Assembly: GCA_963667785.2 (NCBI GenBank)
Contig: CAXXMU010000006.1
Span: 704,001-768,000 of the forward strand
Source of the DNA: Alphaproteobacteria bacterium
GTDB lineage: Bacteria > Pseudomonadota > Alphaproteobacteria > UBA828
Direction: 5' to 3'
Length of the DNA stretch: 64,000 bases
A program made the position numbers and the translations under genes. Shown piece after piece: positions 21,281 to 32,074 of the stretch; the first letter of the stretch is position 1; every line of letters begins with the position of its first letter. The notes beneath the pieces are model-generated. The model worked only from the letters and a program-made list of their open reading frames with translations. It was not told the DNA's origin and made no database searches.

Positions 21281-22933
21281 ATGACCGGCGCCGACCTCCT
21301 GGTGAAGATCCTCAAGGCGGAGGGCATCCGCCGCTGCTTCTGCTTCCCCAACAGCCCGATCATCGAGGCGATGGCGCGGGCCGACGTGCCGGTCATCACC
21401 ACGCGGCAGGAGCGCGTCGCCGGCAACATGGCGGACGGCGTCTCGCGCTCCACCAACGGCCGCGAGATCGGCGTCTTCACCGTGCAGGCGCTGGCCGGCT
21501 CCGAGAACGCGTTCGCCGGCGTCGCCCAGGCGCACACCGATTCGACTCCGGTGCTCTTCCTCCCCGGCCATCCCGGCACCTCCTACATCGACCAGCCGCC
21601 GACCTTCGACAGCACCGCCAACTACGCGGCGACGACGAAGATGGCGCAGAAGGTGCTGGCCGCCGACCAGCTCCCGATCAAGCTGCGCCAGGCTTTCACC
21701 GCGCTCCGCTCGGGCAGGCCGCAGCCGGTGATGCTGGAGTTGCCGGGCGACGTCTGCGCCGCCGAGATCGAGGACGACGTGCCCTATGCGCCGGTGCGGC
21801 GCATGCGATCCGCCGCCGACGAGAGCGCGGTGCGCGAGGCGGCCGAGCGGCTGCTGCAGGCCGAGACGCCGCTGATCTGGGCCGGCCAGGGCGTGCTCTA
21901 TGCCGAGGCGAGCGACGAGCTCGCCGAGGTCGCCACGCTCCTCGGCGCGCCGGTGGCGACGACGCTGCAGGGCAAGAGCGCGATTCCCGAAGCGCATCCG
22001 CTGGCGGCCGGCGTCGGCGCGCTGTCGACCACCGCCATGACCGCCCACTACCTGCAGGCGAGCGATTGCGTGCTGGCGGTGGGCACCAGCCTCACACGGG
22101 CGCCGTTCACGCCGGTGCTGCCTGAGGGCAAGACGATCGTCCACGCCACCGCGGACCCCATCGACATCAACAAGGAGTATCCGGCGGCGCTCGGCATCGT
22201 CGCCGACGCGAAGCTCTTCCTCGCGCAGCTTGCCGCCGAGCTCGGGCGCCAGGTGGGCGAGGGCCGTGCCGCGCAGCGCGCCGAGACGGCGGAGACCATC
22301 GCGCGCCTCAAGCGCGACTGGCGCGCGGACTACGAGCCGCTCTTCGCCGACGACGCCGCGCCGATCAACGGCTACCGCATGATGCGGGAGCTGTGGTCCC
22401 TGCTCGACCCCGAGACCACCATGCTCACCCACGAATCCGGCGCCTCGCGGGACATCCAGAGCGTCTTCTACGAATCCGGCCCGCCGCGCAGCTACCTCGG
22501 CTGGGGCCAGTCCTCGCAGCTCGGCTTCTCGCTCGGCCTCGCCATGGGGGCGAAGCTCGCCAACCCGGAGAAGCTGGTGGTCAACGTCATGGGCGACGCC
22601 GCCGTCGGCATGACCGGCATGGACTGGGAGACCGCGTCACGCAACGACATCCCCATCCTCACCGTGGTCAAGCACGATTCCATCTTCTCCGGCTATGACC
22701 GCAACATCCCCGAGGCCTCGGCGCGCTACCGGGCCAACACCCAGCAGGGCGACTATGCGGCCATCGCCCGCGGCCTCGGCTGCCATGCCGAGAGGGTGAG
22801 CGAGACGGCGGCGCTCAGGCCCGCGCTGGAGCGCGCGATCCGGGCCGTCGGCGAGGGGCAGCCGGCGGTGGTCGACGTCATCACCGCCGAGACCACAAAA
22901 CTCTCCCGCCTCGCACCGACCTCGATCGGCTGA
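21281..22933 (+). CDS. Thiamine pyrophosphate-requiring enzyme (acetolactate synthase-like family)
   Basis: RQERVAGNMADG, MGDAAVGM TPP-binding motif. Confidence 0.9.
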   Translation: MTGADLLVKILKAEGIRRCFCFPNSPIIEAMARADVPVITTRQERVAGNMADGVSRSTNGREIGVFTVQALAGSENAFAGVAQAHTDSTPVLFLPGHPGTSYIDQPPTFDSTANYAATTKMAQKVLAADQLPIKLRQAFTALRSGRPQPVMLELPGDVCAAEIEDDVPYAPVRRMRSAADESAVREAAERLLQAETPLIWAGQGVLYAEASDELAEVATLLGAPVATTLQGKSAIPEAHPLAAGVGALSTTAMTAHYLQASDCVLAVGTSLTRAPFTPVLPEGKTIVHATADPIDINKEYPAALGIVADAKLFLAQLAAELGRQVGEGRAAQRAETAETIARLKRDWRADYEPLFADDAAPINGYRMMRELWSLLDPETTMLTHESGASRDIQSVFYESGPPRSYLGWGQSSQLGFSLGLAMGAKLANPEKLVVNVMGDAAVGMTGMDWETASRNDIPILTVVKHDSIFSGYDRNIPEASARYRANTQQGDYAAIARGLGCHAERVSETAALRPALERAIRAVGEGQPAVVDVITAETTKLSRLAPTSIG

Positions 22934-22986
22934 CGCGCGGCCGACGCCGGACCCGCCCGGCCCGGCGTGGACGACACGAACGACAC

Positions 22987-24223
22987 ATGAGCGAGACCGA
23001 CCACACGGCGCCGGCTGGGGAGACCTCCGTCTATCCGGTGGTTCGCCTCATCGCGGCGCTGGTGCTGGTCACCGTCGGCGGCGCCGCCATGTATGCGGTG
23101 ATCGTGGCCCTCAAGCCGGCCTCGCTCGAGTTCGGCGTGAGCCGGGGCGTGGCCTCGCTGCCCTACATGACGGCGCCGGCTGTTCATGGCCACGGCCGGC
23201 GTGGGCGGCGTGGTGATGGGGCGGCTCGCCGACCGCTTCGGCGTGCTGGTGCCGGTGCTGATCGGCTGTGTCGGACTCCCCGCCGGCATGGCCGGCGCGG
23301 CCTTCGCCGAGGAGTTCTGGCAGTTCGTCGCGGCGCTCGGCGTGCTCTCCGGCATGCTCGGCACGTCGGCCGTGTTCGCCCCGGTGGCCGCCGACATCTC
23401 CCTCTGGTTCACCCGCCGGCGCGGACTCGCCGTAGCCATCGTGGTGACGGGGACCTACTTCGCCGGCGCGCTGTGGCCGCCGATCGTCCAGGTCTCGCTC
23501 GATGCGCGGGGCTGGCGCGAGACCTTCATCATCATCGCCATCGTCATGGCCTGCGTGATGCTGCCGCTCGCCGCAGTCCTCCACCGCAAGCCGGCGGTGC
23601 TCACGGCGGCGCAGCAGGCGCGCGCGGCGCTGGGGGCGACGAGGCCGCTCGGGCTCGCCCCCGGCACGCTGCAATGTCTGGTCTGCGTGGCCGGGCTCGG
23701 CTGCTGCACGGCGATGGCGATGCCGCAGGTGCACATCGTCGCCCACGTCTCGGACCTCGGCTACGCCGCCCAGCGCGGCGCCGAGATGCTCTCGCTCATG
23801 CTGGGCACGGGAATCGTGAGCCGCATCGCGTCGGGCTTCATCTCGGACCGGATCGGGGGCCTGCGCACGCTGCTGCTCGGCTCGGTGCTGCAGGCGCTGG
23901 CGCTCGCGGCCTTCCTCGGCGCCGACACGCTGACGCTGCTCTACGTCGTCTCGGCGGCGTTCGGCCTCTCGCAGGGCGGCATCGTGCCGTCCTACACCAT
24001 CATCATCAGGACCTATTTTGCCGCGCACGAGGCGGGCCGGCGGGTGGGCTGGGCGATGCTCTTCACCTTCGCCGGCATGGCGCTCGGCGGCTGGATGGCC
24101 GGCGCGCTCTACGATGTGACCGGCTCGTATACAGCCTCCTTCGTCAACGCCATCGCCTTCAACGTGCTGAACGCGGCGATCGTGATCTACCTCACCCGGC
24201 GCCACCGGGCGCTCGCGGCCTAG
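22987..24223 (+). pseudogene. MFS transporter interrupted by a +1 frameshift (10-bp insertion)
   Basis: The N-terminus (22987 frame, ...GVASLPYM) continues in the 23186 frame (LFMATAGVGGVVMGRLADRFG) if 23170-23179 is removed. Confidence 0.8.
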
Positions 24224-24262
24224 AGACCCGTCCGAGAAGTTTCCGAGCGTTCGCCCCACACA

Positions 24263-24357
24263 CGTCATGGCCGGACTGGTTCCGGCCATCCACGTGTTTG
24301 CCCGGTGACGGGTGGGCCTTGCTGAGAGAGATGCCCGGACCGAGTCCGGACATGACG
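24263..24357. repeat. Alphaproteobacterial RIME/REP-like double palindrome
   Basis: CGTCATGGCCGGACTGGTTCCGGCCATCCAC...GATGCCCGGACCGAGTCCGGACATGACG between convergent genes. Confidence 0.85.
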
Positions 24358-24371
24358 ACAGAAAGAGAGCG

Positions 24372-26228
24372 TTAGGAGGCAGCGACCTCCTCTTCCTGCT
24401 GGCCTCCGCCTTGCCGCTCGCGGCGCAGCGCCTCCGTCGCGACCACGTCGACGGCGAGGTCGTCGTCCGCCTCGGAGCCGGTGATCACGACGCCGTAGAG
24501 GTCTCGCGCGCGAGCGCGGGAGACGTAGCGCTCGTTCACGTCGTCGAGCACCCGCTCCGGCTCGCGCTCCAGCGGGTCGCCGTAGCCGCCGCCGCCGTTG
24601 TCGATGGCGTGCAGCCTGGAGCCCGGCTCGAGATGGCAGTAGGCGTCGGTCTCGTAGACCTCGCGGGTTCCATCCGTCGCGATCTTGGCCTGATAGCCCG
24701 CATGCGAGGCCAGCCCCCCGCGCACGCCCTGCGGCAGGATCGTGAGCCCGTTGCAGATGTTGATGACCAGCATCGGGTCGTGGCGCGGGCCGAAGACGAC
24801 CTCCGACGCGGGCCCGCCGCGCCGGCGGCCGGCGCCGCAGGAATCGACCAGCGCGCGCACGCTGTCGACCTGAAAGGGGAAGCGCTGCTCGTTGACCTCG
24901 ATGCTGTCGCGGTAGACGAGGCCGACGCTGACCGGGTTGACCAGGCCGTGCATGCCGTCGGTCCGGGCGGAGGCCGGCATGCCGCCGGCCGACATGAACA
25001 TCTGGTTGACGTAGGGCGCGCCGCCGCGCCGCCAGTCCTTGCCGGAGCAGACCCCGGTGCCGGCGCCGTTGCAGAAGTTGCCCTGGCTGAAGCCGAAGCC
25101 GTCGCCCAGGGCGGCGAAGGCCGACTGGATCAGGTTGATGATCATGTCGGTCATGTTGGTGGTGGCGACCGAGCAGCTATGGGGAAAGCGCGGGATGCCG
25201 ACCACGCAGTTCTCCCTGAGCAGCACCTCGAGGCGGCGGAAGCTGCCGGCGTTGTGCGGGATGTCGGGATCGAGGCAGGCGAAGACAGCCTGGGCCGCCG
25301 CCATGGTCGAGGTGACGCGGGTGAGGTTCATGCCGGCGTCCACGCAATCGGGGTTGTCGCGCAGATCGACCGTGATGAAGCCGGCCTCGCCGTCGATGTC
25401 GATCGCCACCCTGACCGGGATGCCGTCGGGCAGGAAGGGCTGGATCGGATCGTGGCAGCCCTCGTTCTCGAGCCGGCCGCTCGGCAGCGCCCTGATGGAT
25501 TCGCGCGCCCGCCGTTCCGAATAGTCGAGCCATTCGCCGATGAAGGCCCGGACCGCCCCGACGCCGTACTTGCCGATGAACGCCTTGAGCCGCCGCTCGC
25601 CGATGCGGGCTGCGCCGATGGCGGCGAGATAGTCGCCGAACCACTGGTCGGGCACCCGGATGCGGCGCCTGCACATGCGCACGATGTCGTCCACGTCCCG
25701 GAAGTCCCGCTGCACCTGGACGCAGGGGAAGATCAGCGCGCCTTCGTGATAGACGTCCTTCGCGGCGGCGAAATAGGTGGTCGGCTGGCTGTTGCCCACG
25801 TCCGCCTGGTGCGCCTTCACGCCCACGGTGAAGAAGTGCTCGCCCTCGTGGAACACCGGCACCAAGATGGTGTGGTCGGCGGCGTGGCTGTTGCCGCCGT
25901 AGGGATCGTTGTCGAGGAAGGCGTCGCCCTCGCGGAAGCCGGGGTGCCTCTCGCTCATGATGGTGGTCTGGATGTTCATGCCGAAGACGTGGATCGGCAT
26001 GGCCTCCGCCGTCGCCAGCACCTCGTGCTCGGCGGTGATGATGGCGCACGAGAAATCCCGCGCGATGCCGATGACGGCCGAGCGCGCGCTGTGCAGGACG
26101 GTGTTGGTCATCTCGCGGCAGATCGCGTCCATGCGGTTGGCCATGACCGCGAGATTGAGGGCGCTGATCTGCTCCTCGCTCTCGGCGGCGCAGGTTGCGG
26201 TCGCTGAAGCGGTCGATGCGTCGTTCAT
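24372..26228 (-). CDS. Hydantoinase B / oxoprolinase family protein
   Basis: ARDFSCAI, NDPYGGNSHAAD, AHQADVG, GAGRRRGG, GGGGYGDPLER. Confidence 0.92.
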   Translation of the reverse strand: MNDASTASATATCAAESEEQISALNLAVMANRMDAICREMTNTVLHSARSAVIGIARDFSCAIITAEHEVLATAEAMPIHVFGMNIQTTIMSERHPGFREGDAFLDNDPYGGNSHAADHTILVPVFHEGEHFFTVGVKAHQADVGNSQPTTYFAAAKDVYHEGALIFPCVQVQRDFRDVDDIVRMCRRRIRVPDQWFGDYLAAIGAARIGERRLKAFIGKYGVGAVRAFIGEWLDYSERRARESIRALPSGRLENEGCHDPIQPFLPDGIPVRVAIDIDGEAGFITVDLRDNPDCVDAGMNLTRVTSTMAAAQAVFACLDPDIPHNAGSFRRLEVLLRENCVVGIPRFPHSCSVATTNMTDMIINLIQSAFAALGDGFGFSQGNFCNGAGTGVCSGKDWRRGGAPYVNQMFMSAGGMPASARTDGMHGLVNPVSVGLVYRDSIEVNEQRFPFQVDSVRALVDSCGAGRRRGGPASEVVFGPRHDPMLVINICNGLTILPQGVRGGLASHAGYQAKIATDGTREVYETDAYCHLEPGSRLHAIDNGGGGYGDPLEREPERVLDDVNERYVSRARARDLYGVVITGSEADDDLAVDVVATEALRRERQGGGQQEEEVAAS

Positions 26229-26318
26229 GGCGTGGCGCGCGCTCCTCGGGCTGGCCTAGCCTCGGCCGAGCTTAGCATGGTGCGCCCTAGCGGGCGTATG
26301 ACGGGCTGGCGCTTGTGA

Positions 26319-27572
<1,254 letters not shown>

Positions 27573-27701
27573 GGGCGGCCTGACGGACCGCTCACGCAGC
27601 GTTGAGTTGCCGTGAGCGCGCGGCGGTGCCATGTCTCTCCGCAAGAGCCCCGTGCACGCGCGCCGGGGCGGGACGCGACTGACACGAGCGGAGGGTCCTC
27701 G

Positions 27702-28691
27702 ATGCTGATCAAGATCAAGCGGGGCTGGGAGCTGCCGGATTCCGCCGCAACTCCGGAATCGGTGTTCATGAACCGGCGCACGCTGCTGAAGGGCCTCGCC
27801 ACCGGCCCGCTGCTGGCGGCGGGCGCTGTGCTGCCGTTCGCGGGCGGGCTGGGGCCTGCGCGCGCGGACGAGGAGGAAGACCCCACCGCCCACCTCTACC
27901 CGGTGGAGCAGAACCCGGCCTACACCCTCGACCGGCCGCTCACGCCGGAGGACTTCGCCACCACCTACAACAACTACTACGAGTTCGGCTCCTACAAGGA
28001 GATCTGGCAGCAGGCCCAGAAGCTCCCGATCCGGCCCTGGACGGTCCAGATCGACGGGCTGGTGGAGGAGCCGATGGAGATCGGCATCGACGACCTGCTG
28101 GCGAAGATGCCGCTCGAGGAGCGGCTCTACCGCCACCGCTGCGTCGAGGCCTGGTCCATCGCCGTCCCCTACAGCGGCTTCCCGCTCAAGGCGCTGCTCG
28201 ATTTCGCGCGGCCGCTGGGCGACGCCAGGTACCTGCTCATGCAGACCTTCGAGGACGACGACGTGGCGGAGGGCCAGAGGCAGTTCTGGTATCCCTGGCC
28301 CTATATCGAGGGCCTGACCATGGCCGAGGCCGCGAACGAGCTTTCCTTCATCGCCACCGGCTACTACGGCAAGCCGATCCCGAAGCAGAACGGCGCGCCG
28401 CTCCGCCTCGCCGTGCCGTGGAAGTACGGCTTCAAGCACATCAAGGGCATCGTCCGCTTCAGCTTCACCGAAGACCGGCCGGTCTCCTTCTGGGAGGAGC
28501 TCGCGGGCAACGAGTACGGCTTCTGGGCCAACGTCAACCCCGAGGTGTCGCACCCGCGCTGGAGCCAGGCGAACGAGAAGTTCTACGGCCCGGACGGGAT
28601 GGAGCGGCTGCCCACGCAGCTCTACAACGGCTACGCCGAACAGGTTGCATCGCTCTACACCGGCATGGAGAACGAGCCGCTCTTCATGTAG
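27702..28691 (+). CDS. msrP: Periplasmic methionine sulfoxide reductase molybdoenzyme MsrP (YedY)
   Basis: Tat motif NRRTLLK, YNNYYEFG, RHRCVEAW, QNGAPLRL, EYGFWANVNP; start ATG 27702. Confidence 0.95.
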   Translation: MLIKIKRGWELPDSAATPESVFMNRRTLLKGLATGPLLAAGAVLPFAGGLGPARADEEEDPTAHLYPVEQNPAYTLDRPLTPEDFATTYNNYYEFGSYKEIWQQAQKLPIRPWTVQIDGLVEEPMEIGIDDLLAKMPLEERLYRHRCVEAWSIAVPYSGFPLKALLDFARPLGDARYLLMQTFEDDDVAEGQRQFWYPWPYIEGLTMAEAANELSFIATGYYGKPIPKQNGAPLRLAVPWKYGFKHIKGIVRFSFTEDRPVSFWEELAGNEYGFWANVNPEVSHPRWSQANEKFYGPDGMERLPTQLYNGYAEQVASLYTGMENEPLFM

Positions 28692-28869
28692 CGCCGCCCG
28701 GCGGGGTGCAGGCGGCCGCGGGGGCGGCCGCCGTTCCCGCCCGTTCCGCCCGCCGGATCGTCTCCACCGCCTCGCCCTTACCCCTCTCGGCGGCCCCACG
28801 GGCCGCTGCGGGGCATGCGCGCGCCGGGCGCATGGCAGGAGCGTCGCGTGCGCCCCGTGTGCAGCGCGC

Positions 28870-28900
28870 AAAAAAGTGGCCGGGTCCGAAGACCCGGCCA
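28870..28900 (-). terminator. Rho-independent terminator of the sRNA
   Basis: 10-bp perfect stem with cUUCGg loop followed by 6 U. Confidence 0.85.
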
Positions 28901-29036
28901 GTCTAACAGGGAGGCTTCACGTCTAGGAGACGTGGGATCCGAAGATCCCCTTCAGGCCTTGCACCTGAAGACGGTGTGCCGGGGATAGGCCGCCCCGGCG
29001 AAATCCTCGCGGCATGACTCATGCGCCATGCTGCGG
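28870..29036 (-). ncRNA. Putative trans-acting sRNA resembling the suhB/MmgR (alpha-r8) family, at an AbcR-like position
   Basis: Minus strand carries a hairpin chain: TTCAGG..CCTGAA, GGGATC-TTCG-GATCCC, CACGTCTCCTAGACGTG, single-stranded CCTCCCTGTTAGACT, then terminator TGGCCGGGTC-TTCG-GACCCGGCCA-CTTTTTT. 5' end is estimated. Confidence 0.7.
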
Positions 29037-29116
29037 TGCAGTATTTATGGCCTGCGGCGCGCCGGCGCTAGGGGATGGGAAGCAGGTCAGCCATGCAGGG
29101 AACGCATGGCCTGACC
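29029..29116 (-). promoter_or_regulatory. Predicted sRNA promoter with LysR box and PhaR/AniA-like site
   Basis: ATGC-N7-GCAT (29093-29107) inside a longer palindrome 29085-29116; -10-like CATAAAT (minus strand, 29043-29049); TGCTGCGGTGCA at 29029-29040. Confidence 0.55.
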
Positions 29117-29120
29117 GGCA

Positions 29121-30011
29121 TCAGAAGCGCCAGTTGGCCACTTCGTTCAGCAGGAAGTCGCGGAAGACGCCGATGCGCTTGGAATAGCGCAGCTCCTCGG
29201 CATAGGTGAAATAGGCGTTGAAGGGCGGGCCCTGAAGCTCCGGCAGCACCCGCTGCAATTGCCGGCTGCCCCAGGCCACGTAGTCGGGCAGCGCGGCGAT
29301 CCCGAGCCCGCTTTCCGCCGCCTGGCGCAGGCAATAGACGTTGTTCGATTCCAGCACGATGCGGCCTTCGGCGCGGGGATCGCCCGAGCGGGCAATCAGC
29401 CACTCGGGATCGGCGATATCGGCGAGCGGCCCCTGGCCGTAGATGATCAGGCGCTGGCGGGCGAGGTCGTCGATCGTCTCGATCGGCCCGAAGTGCGCGA
29501 GATAGTCCGGCGCGGCGTAGATGTGCCAGTGGATGGTCATCAGGTGGCGGCGGATGAGGTCGGGCTCGGTCGGCTCCTTCATGCGGATCGCCACGTCCGC
29601 CTCGCGCATGGCGAGGTCGAGCATGTTGTCCGAGGTCAGCAGGGTGACGATGATGTCGGGATAGAGGGCGTGGAAGGCGCGGATGCGCGGCGTGAGCCAC
29701 ACCGAGCCGAAGGCGAGCGTCGTGGTGATGGTCAGCGGCCCCGAGGGCCGGTCACGCGAATCAACGATCTGCGCCTCGGTCATCGCGAGCTTGGCCGAGA
29801 CCTCGCGGGTGGCGCGGTAGAGCACCTCCCCCTGCTCCGTCAGCAGCAGCCCGCGCGAGTGACGGTGGAACAGGACCACGCCGAGGCTCTTCTCCAGGGC
29901 CGCGATCTGGCGGCTCACCGCCGACTGGCTGAGCTCGAGGATGTCGCCGGCGCGGGTGAAGCTGCCGTTCTCGGCGACCGTCTGAAAGATTCGCAGCCGG
30001 TTCCAGTCCAT
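29121..30011 (-). CDS. LysR-family regulator, VtlR/LsrB-like
   Basis: MDWNRLRIF..GSFTRAG..LSQSAVSRQI HTH; LDLAMREADVAIR; directly downstream of trxB as in rhizobial trxB-lsrB. Confidence 0.92.
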   Translation of the reverse strand: MDWNRLRIFQTVAENGSFTRAGDILELSQSAVSRQIAALEKSLGVVLFHRHSRGLLLTEQGEVLYRATREVSAKLAMTEAQIVDSRDRPSGPLTITTTLAFGSVWLTPRIRAFHALYPDIIVTLLTSDNMLDLAMREADVAIRMKEPTEPDLIRRHLMTIHWHIYAAPDYLAHFGPIETIDDLARQRLIIYGQGPLADIADPEWLIARSGDPRAEGRIVLESNNVYCLRQAAESGLGIAALPDYVAWGSRQLQRVLPELQGPPFNAYFTYAEELRYSKRIGVFRDFLLNEVANWRF

Positions 30012-30038
30012 GGCACCCGTCCGGCGCCGCGCGGGCGC

Positions 30039-31007
30039 TCAAGCGGCCGCGGCCGCCTCCGGCGTCTCGGCCTCGGCAAGAAACTTCTCGGCCTCCAGCG
30101 CGCCCATGCAGCCGGTGCCGGCGGCGGTCACGGCCTGGCGGAACAGCTTGTCCTGCACGTCGCCGGCGGCGAAGACGCCCGGCACGCTGGTCTTCGTGCT
30201 GTCGGCCTCGGTCAGGATGTAGCCCTCGTCGTCCATCGCCAGCTGGCCGGCGAACAGCGCGGTGTTGGGGCTGTGCCCGATGGCGACGAACACGCCGGAT
30301 ACGGGGAGCTGCCGCTCCGCGCCCGTCTTGGCGTGGCGCAGCCGGGTCCCTGTCACCGCCGGCGGCTCGCTCTCGCCCTCGATCTCCGCCAGCACATGGT
30401 CCCACAGGACCTCGATCTTCTCGTTACGGAAGAGGCGGTCCTGGAGGATCTTCTCGGCCCTGAGCGCGTCGCGGCGGTGGACGAGGGTGACCGTGCGCGC
30501 GTGGTTGGTGAGGTAGAGCGCCTCCTCGACGGCCGTGTTGCCGCCGCCGATCACCGCCACGTCCTTGCCGCGGAAGAAGAACCCGTCGCAGGTCGCACAG
30601 GCCGAGACGCCGAAGCCCATGAAGCGCTGCTCGCTCTCGAGGCCCAGCCACTTCGCCTGCGCGCCGGTACAGATGATGACCGTGTCGCCCACGTAGAGAT
30701 CGCCGGAATCGCCGGTGCAGACGAAGGGGCGCTCGCCGAAATCCACGGCGACCACCATGTCGTGGATCAGCCGCGTGCCCACCGCCCCGGCCTGGCTCGC
30801 CATCTGCTCCATCAGCCACGGCCCCTGGACGATGTCGGCGAAGCCCGGATAGTTCTCGACGTCGGTGGTGATGGTGAGCTGGCCGCCGGGCTCCAGGCCC
30901 TGCACCATGATCGGCTCCAGGTTGGCGCGCGCGGCGTAGATCGCCGCCGAATAGCCGGCGGGGCCGGAGCCGATGATCACGACCTTGCTGCGGTGGGTCG
31001 TCGCCAT
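30039..31007 (-). CDS. trxB: Thioredoxin-disulfide reductase
   Basis: GSGPAGY, CATCDG, GGGNTAVEEA, AAGDV. Confidence 0.98.
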   Translation of the reverse strand: MATTHRSKVVIIGSGPAGYSAAIYAARANLEPIMVQGLEPGGQLTITTDVENYPGFADIVQGPWLMEQMASQAGAVGTRLIHDMVVAVDFGERPFVCTGDSGDLYVGDTVIICTGAQAKWLGLESEQRFMGFGVSACATCDGFFFRGKDVAVIGGGNTAVEEALYLTNHARTVTLVHRRDALRAEKILQDRLFRNEKIEVLWDHVLAEIEGESEPPAVTGTRLRHAKTGAERQLPVSGVFVAIGHSPNTALFAGQLAMDDEGYILTEADSTKTSVPGVFAAGDVQDKLFRQAVTAAGTGCMGALEAEKFLAEAETPEAAAAA

Positions 31008-31090
31008 GCGCGTCTCCCGTTACGGCCGGCGCCGGGGCGGGCGCCGCTCTCTCCGCACTGCGCAAAGATAGGGGCCGCGCCACCGCCCGT

Positions 31091-32074
31091 TCAAGGGGCG
31101 GCCTGCGCTGCGCGCCAGCGCTCGTAGTGCCGGCCCACGATCCCGGCCGCGCGCGCGGTCTCGTCCAGCGGCGGGCGCGGCGCCCAGTCGTTGATCGGGC
31201 CGGTGAAGGGCGCGATCAGCCGGTCCTCGCGAAGCCCCTGGAAGAAGCGGTCGATCCGCTTCGAGCCGCGTCCCCGCATCGGCGCGACGTAGACGGGCTT
31301 GCCGCTGGCGCAGGCCTCCGAGGTCATGCTGACGGAATCGCCGGTGACGACGATCGCGTCGGCGAGCGCGAGGTAGCCGAAATAGGGGTTCTCGCCCTCG
31401 CCGCGCCAGAGCTGCGCCGGCGTGTCCTCCAGCGCCCGGACGAGCGCCTCCATGCTCGCGGGCGCGGTGCGCCGCGACGCAGTGATCGCGAGGCCGGCGC
31501 CCGCCTCGCCCGCCATCGCCGCGAGCGCCCGGCCGAGTGCCGTGCCGTCCGCCGGCTCGAAGCGGTGCCGCCGGCTCGCGCCGCCCACCAGCACCGCGAC
31601 CAGGGGCCGGGGCAGGGCCTCGAGTTCGGGCGCGAAGCGGCGCCCGGCCTCAGCGAGGCGCGCCGGCGTGACCCGATGCAGCGCGGTGCGGGTCTCGACC
31701 ACGTTGGGGCCCCGCACCCGGTCATGGCGCGGGGCGACCACCAGGTCGAAGCGCCGGGGCGCCACCCGCGGGTCCTGAACGAAGACCGTGAAGCAGCCGG
31801 CCGCGCGCCTCAGCCCGAGCGCGAGCCCCACTGCCCTGCGCCCGCTTGCGATCAGGAGCGACGGCCAGGGCGGCTCCAGCGGATCGCTGCCGGCCGCGAG
31901 CGCCCGCAGCGGCGGCATGACGGGCGCCGGGGGCAGATGGCGCCAGGGCGACGCCGGGGTGCTGCGCTTCACCACCGTCTCCTCGCCCACCGCCCCGGCG
32001 AGGCCCAGGCACTGGTTCTCGGTACCGGCGATGCCCGAGGTCAGCACCCAGCAGCGCCCCATCGCGCCCCTCAC
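31091..32074 (-). CDS. ELM1/GtrOC1 (mitochondrial fission ELM1-like) family protein
   Basis: GTENQCLGLA, FDLVVAPRHD, ITASRRT, NPYFGYLALAD, DSVSMTSEACASGKPV. Confidence 0.88.
   Translation of the reverse strand: MRGAMGRCWVLTSGIAGTENQCLGLAGAVGEETVVKRSTPASPWRHLPPAPVMPPLRALAAGSDPLEPPWPSLLIASGRRAVGLALGLRRAAGCFTVFVQDPRVAPRRFDLVVAPRHDRVRGPNVVETRTALHRVTPARLAEAGRRFAPELEALPRPLVAVLVGGASRRHRFEPADGTALGRALAAMAGEAGAGLAITASRRTAPASMEALVRALEDTPAQLWRGEGENPYFGYLALADAIVVTGDSVSMTSEACASGKPVYVAPMRGRGSKRIDRFFQGLREDRLIAPFTGPINDWAPRPPLDETARAAGIVGRHYERWRAAQAAP

Noticed and set aside
27585-27620. CGCTCACG...TGCCGTGAGCG hairpin as another family A copy
   Set aside because: Only about 11 bp match the repeat end; more likely a simple hairpin after aatA, too short to call.
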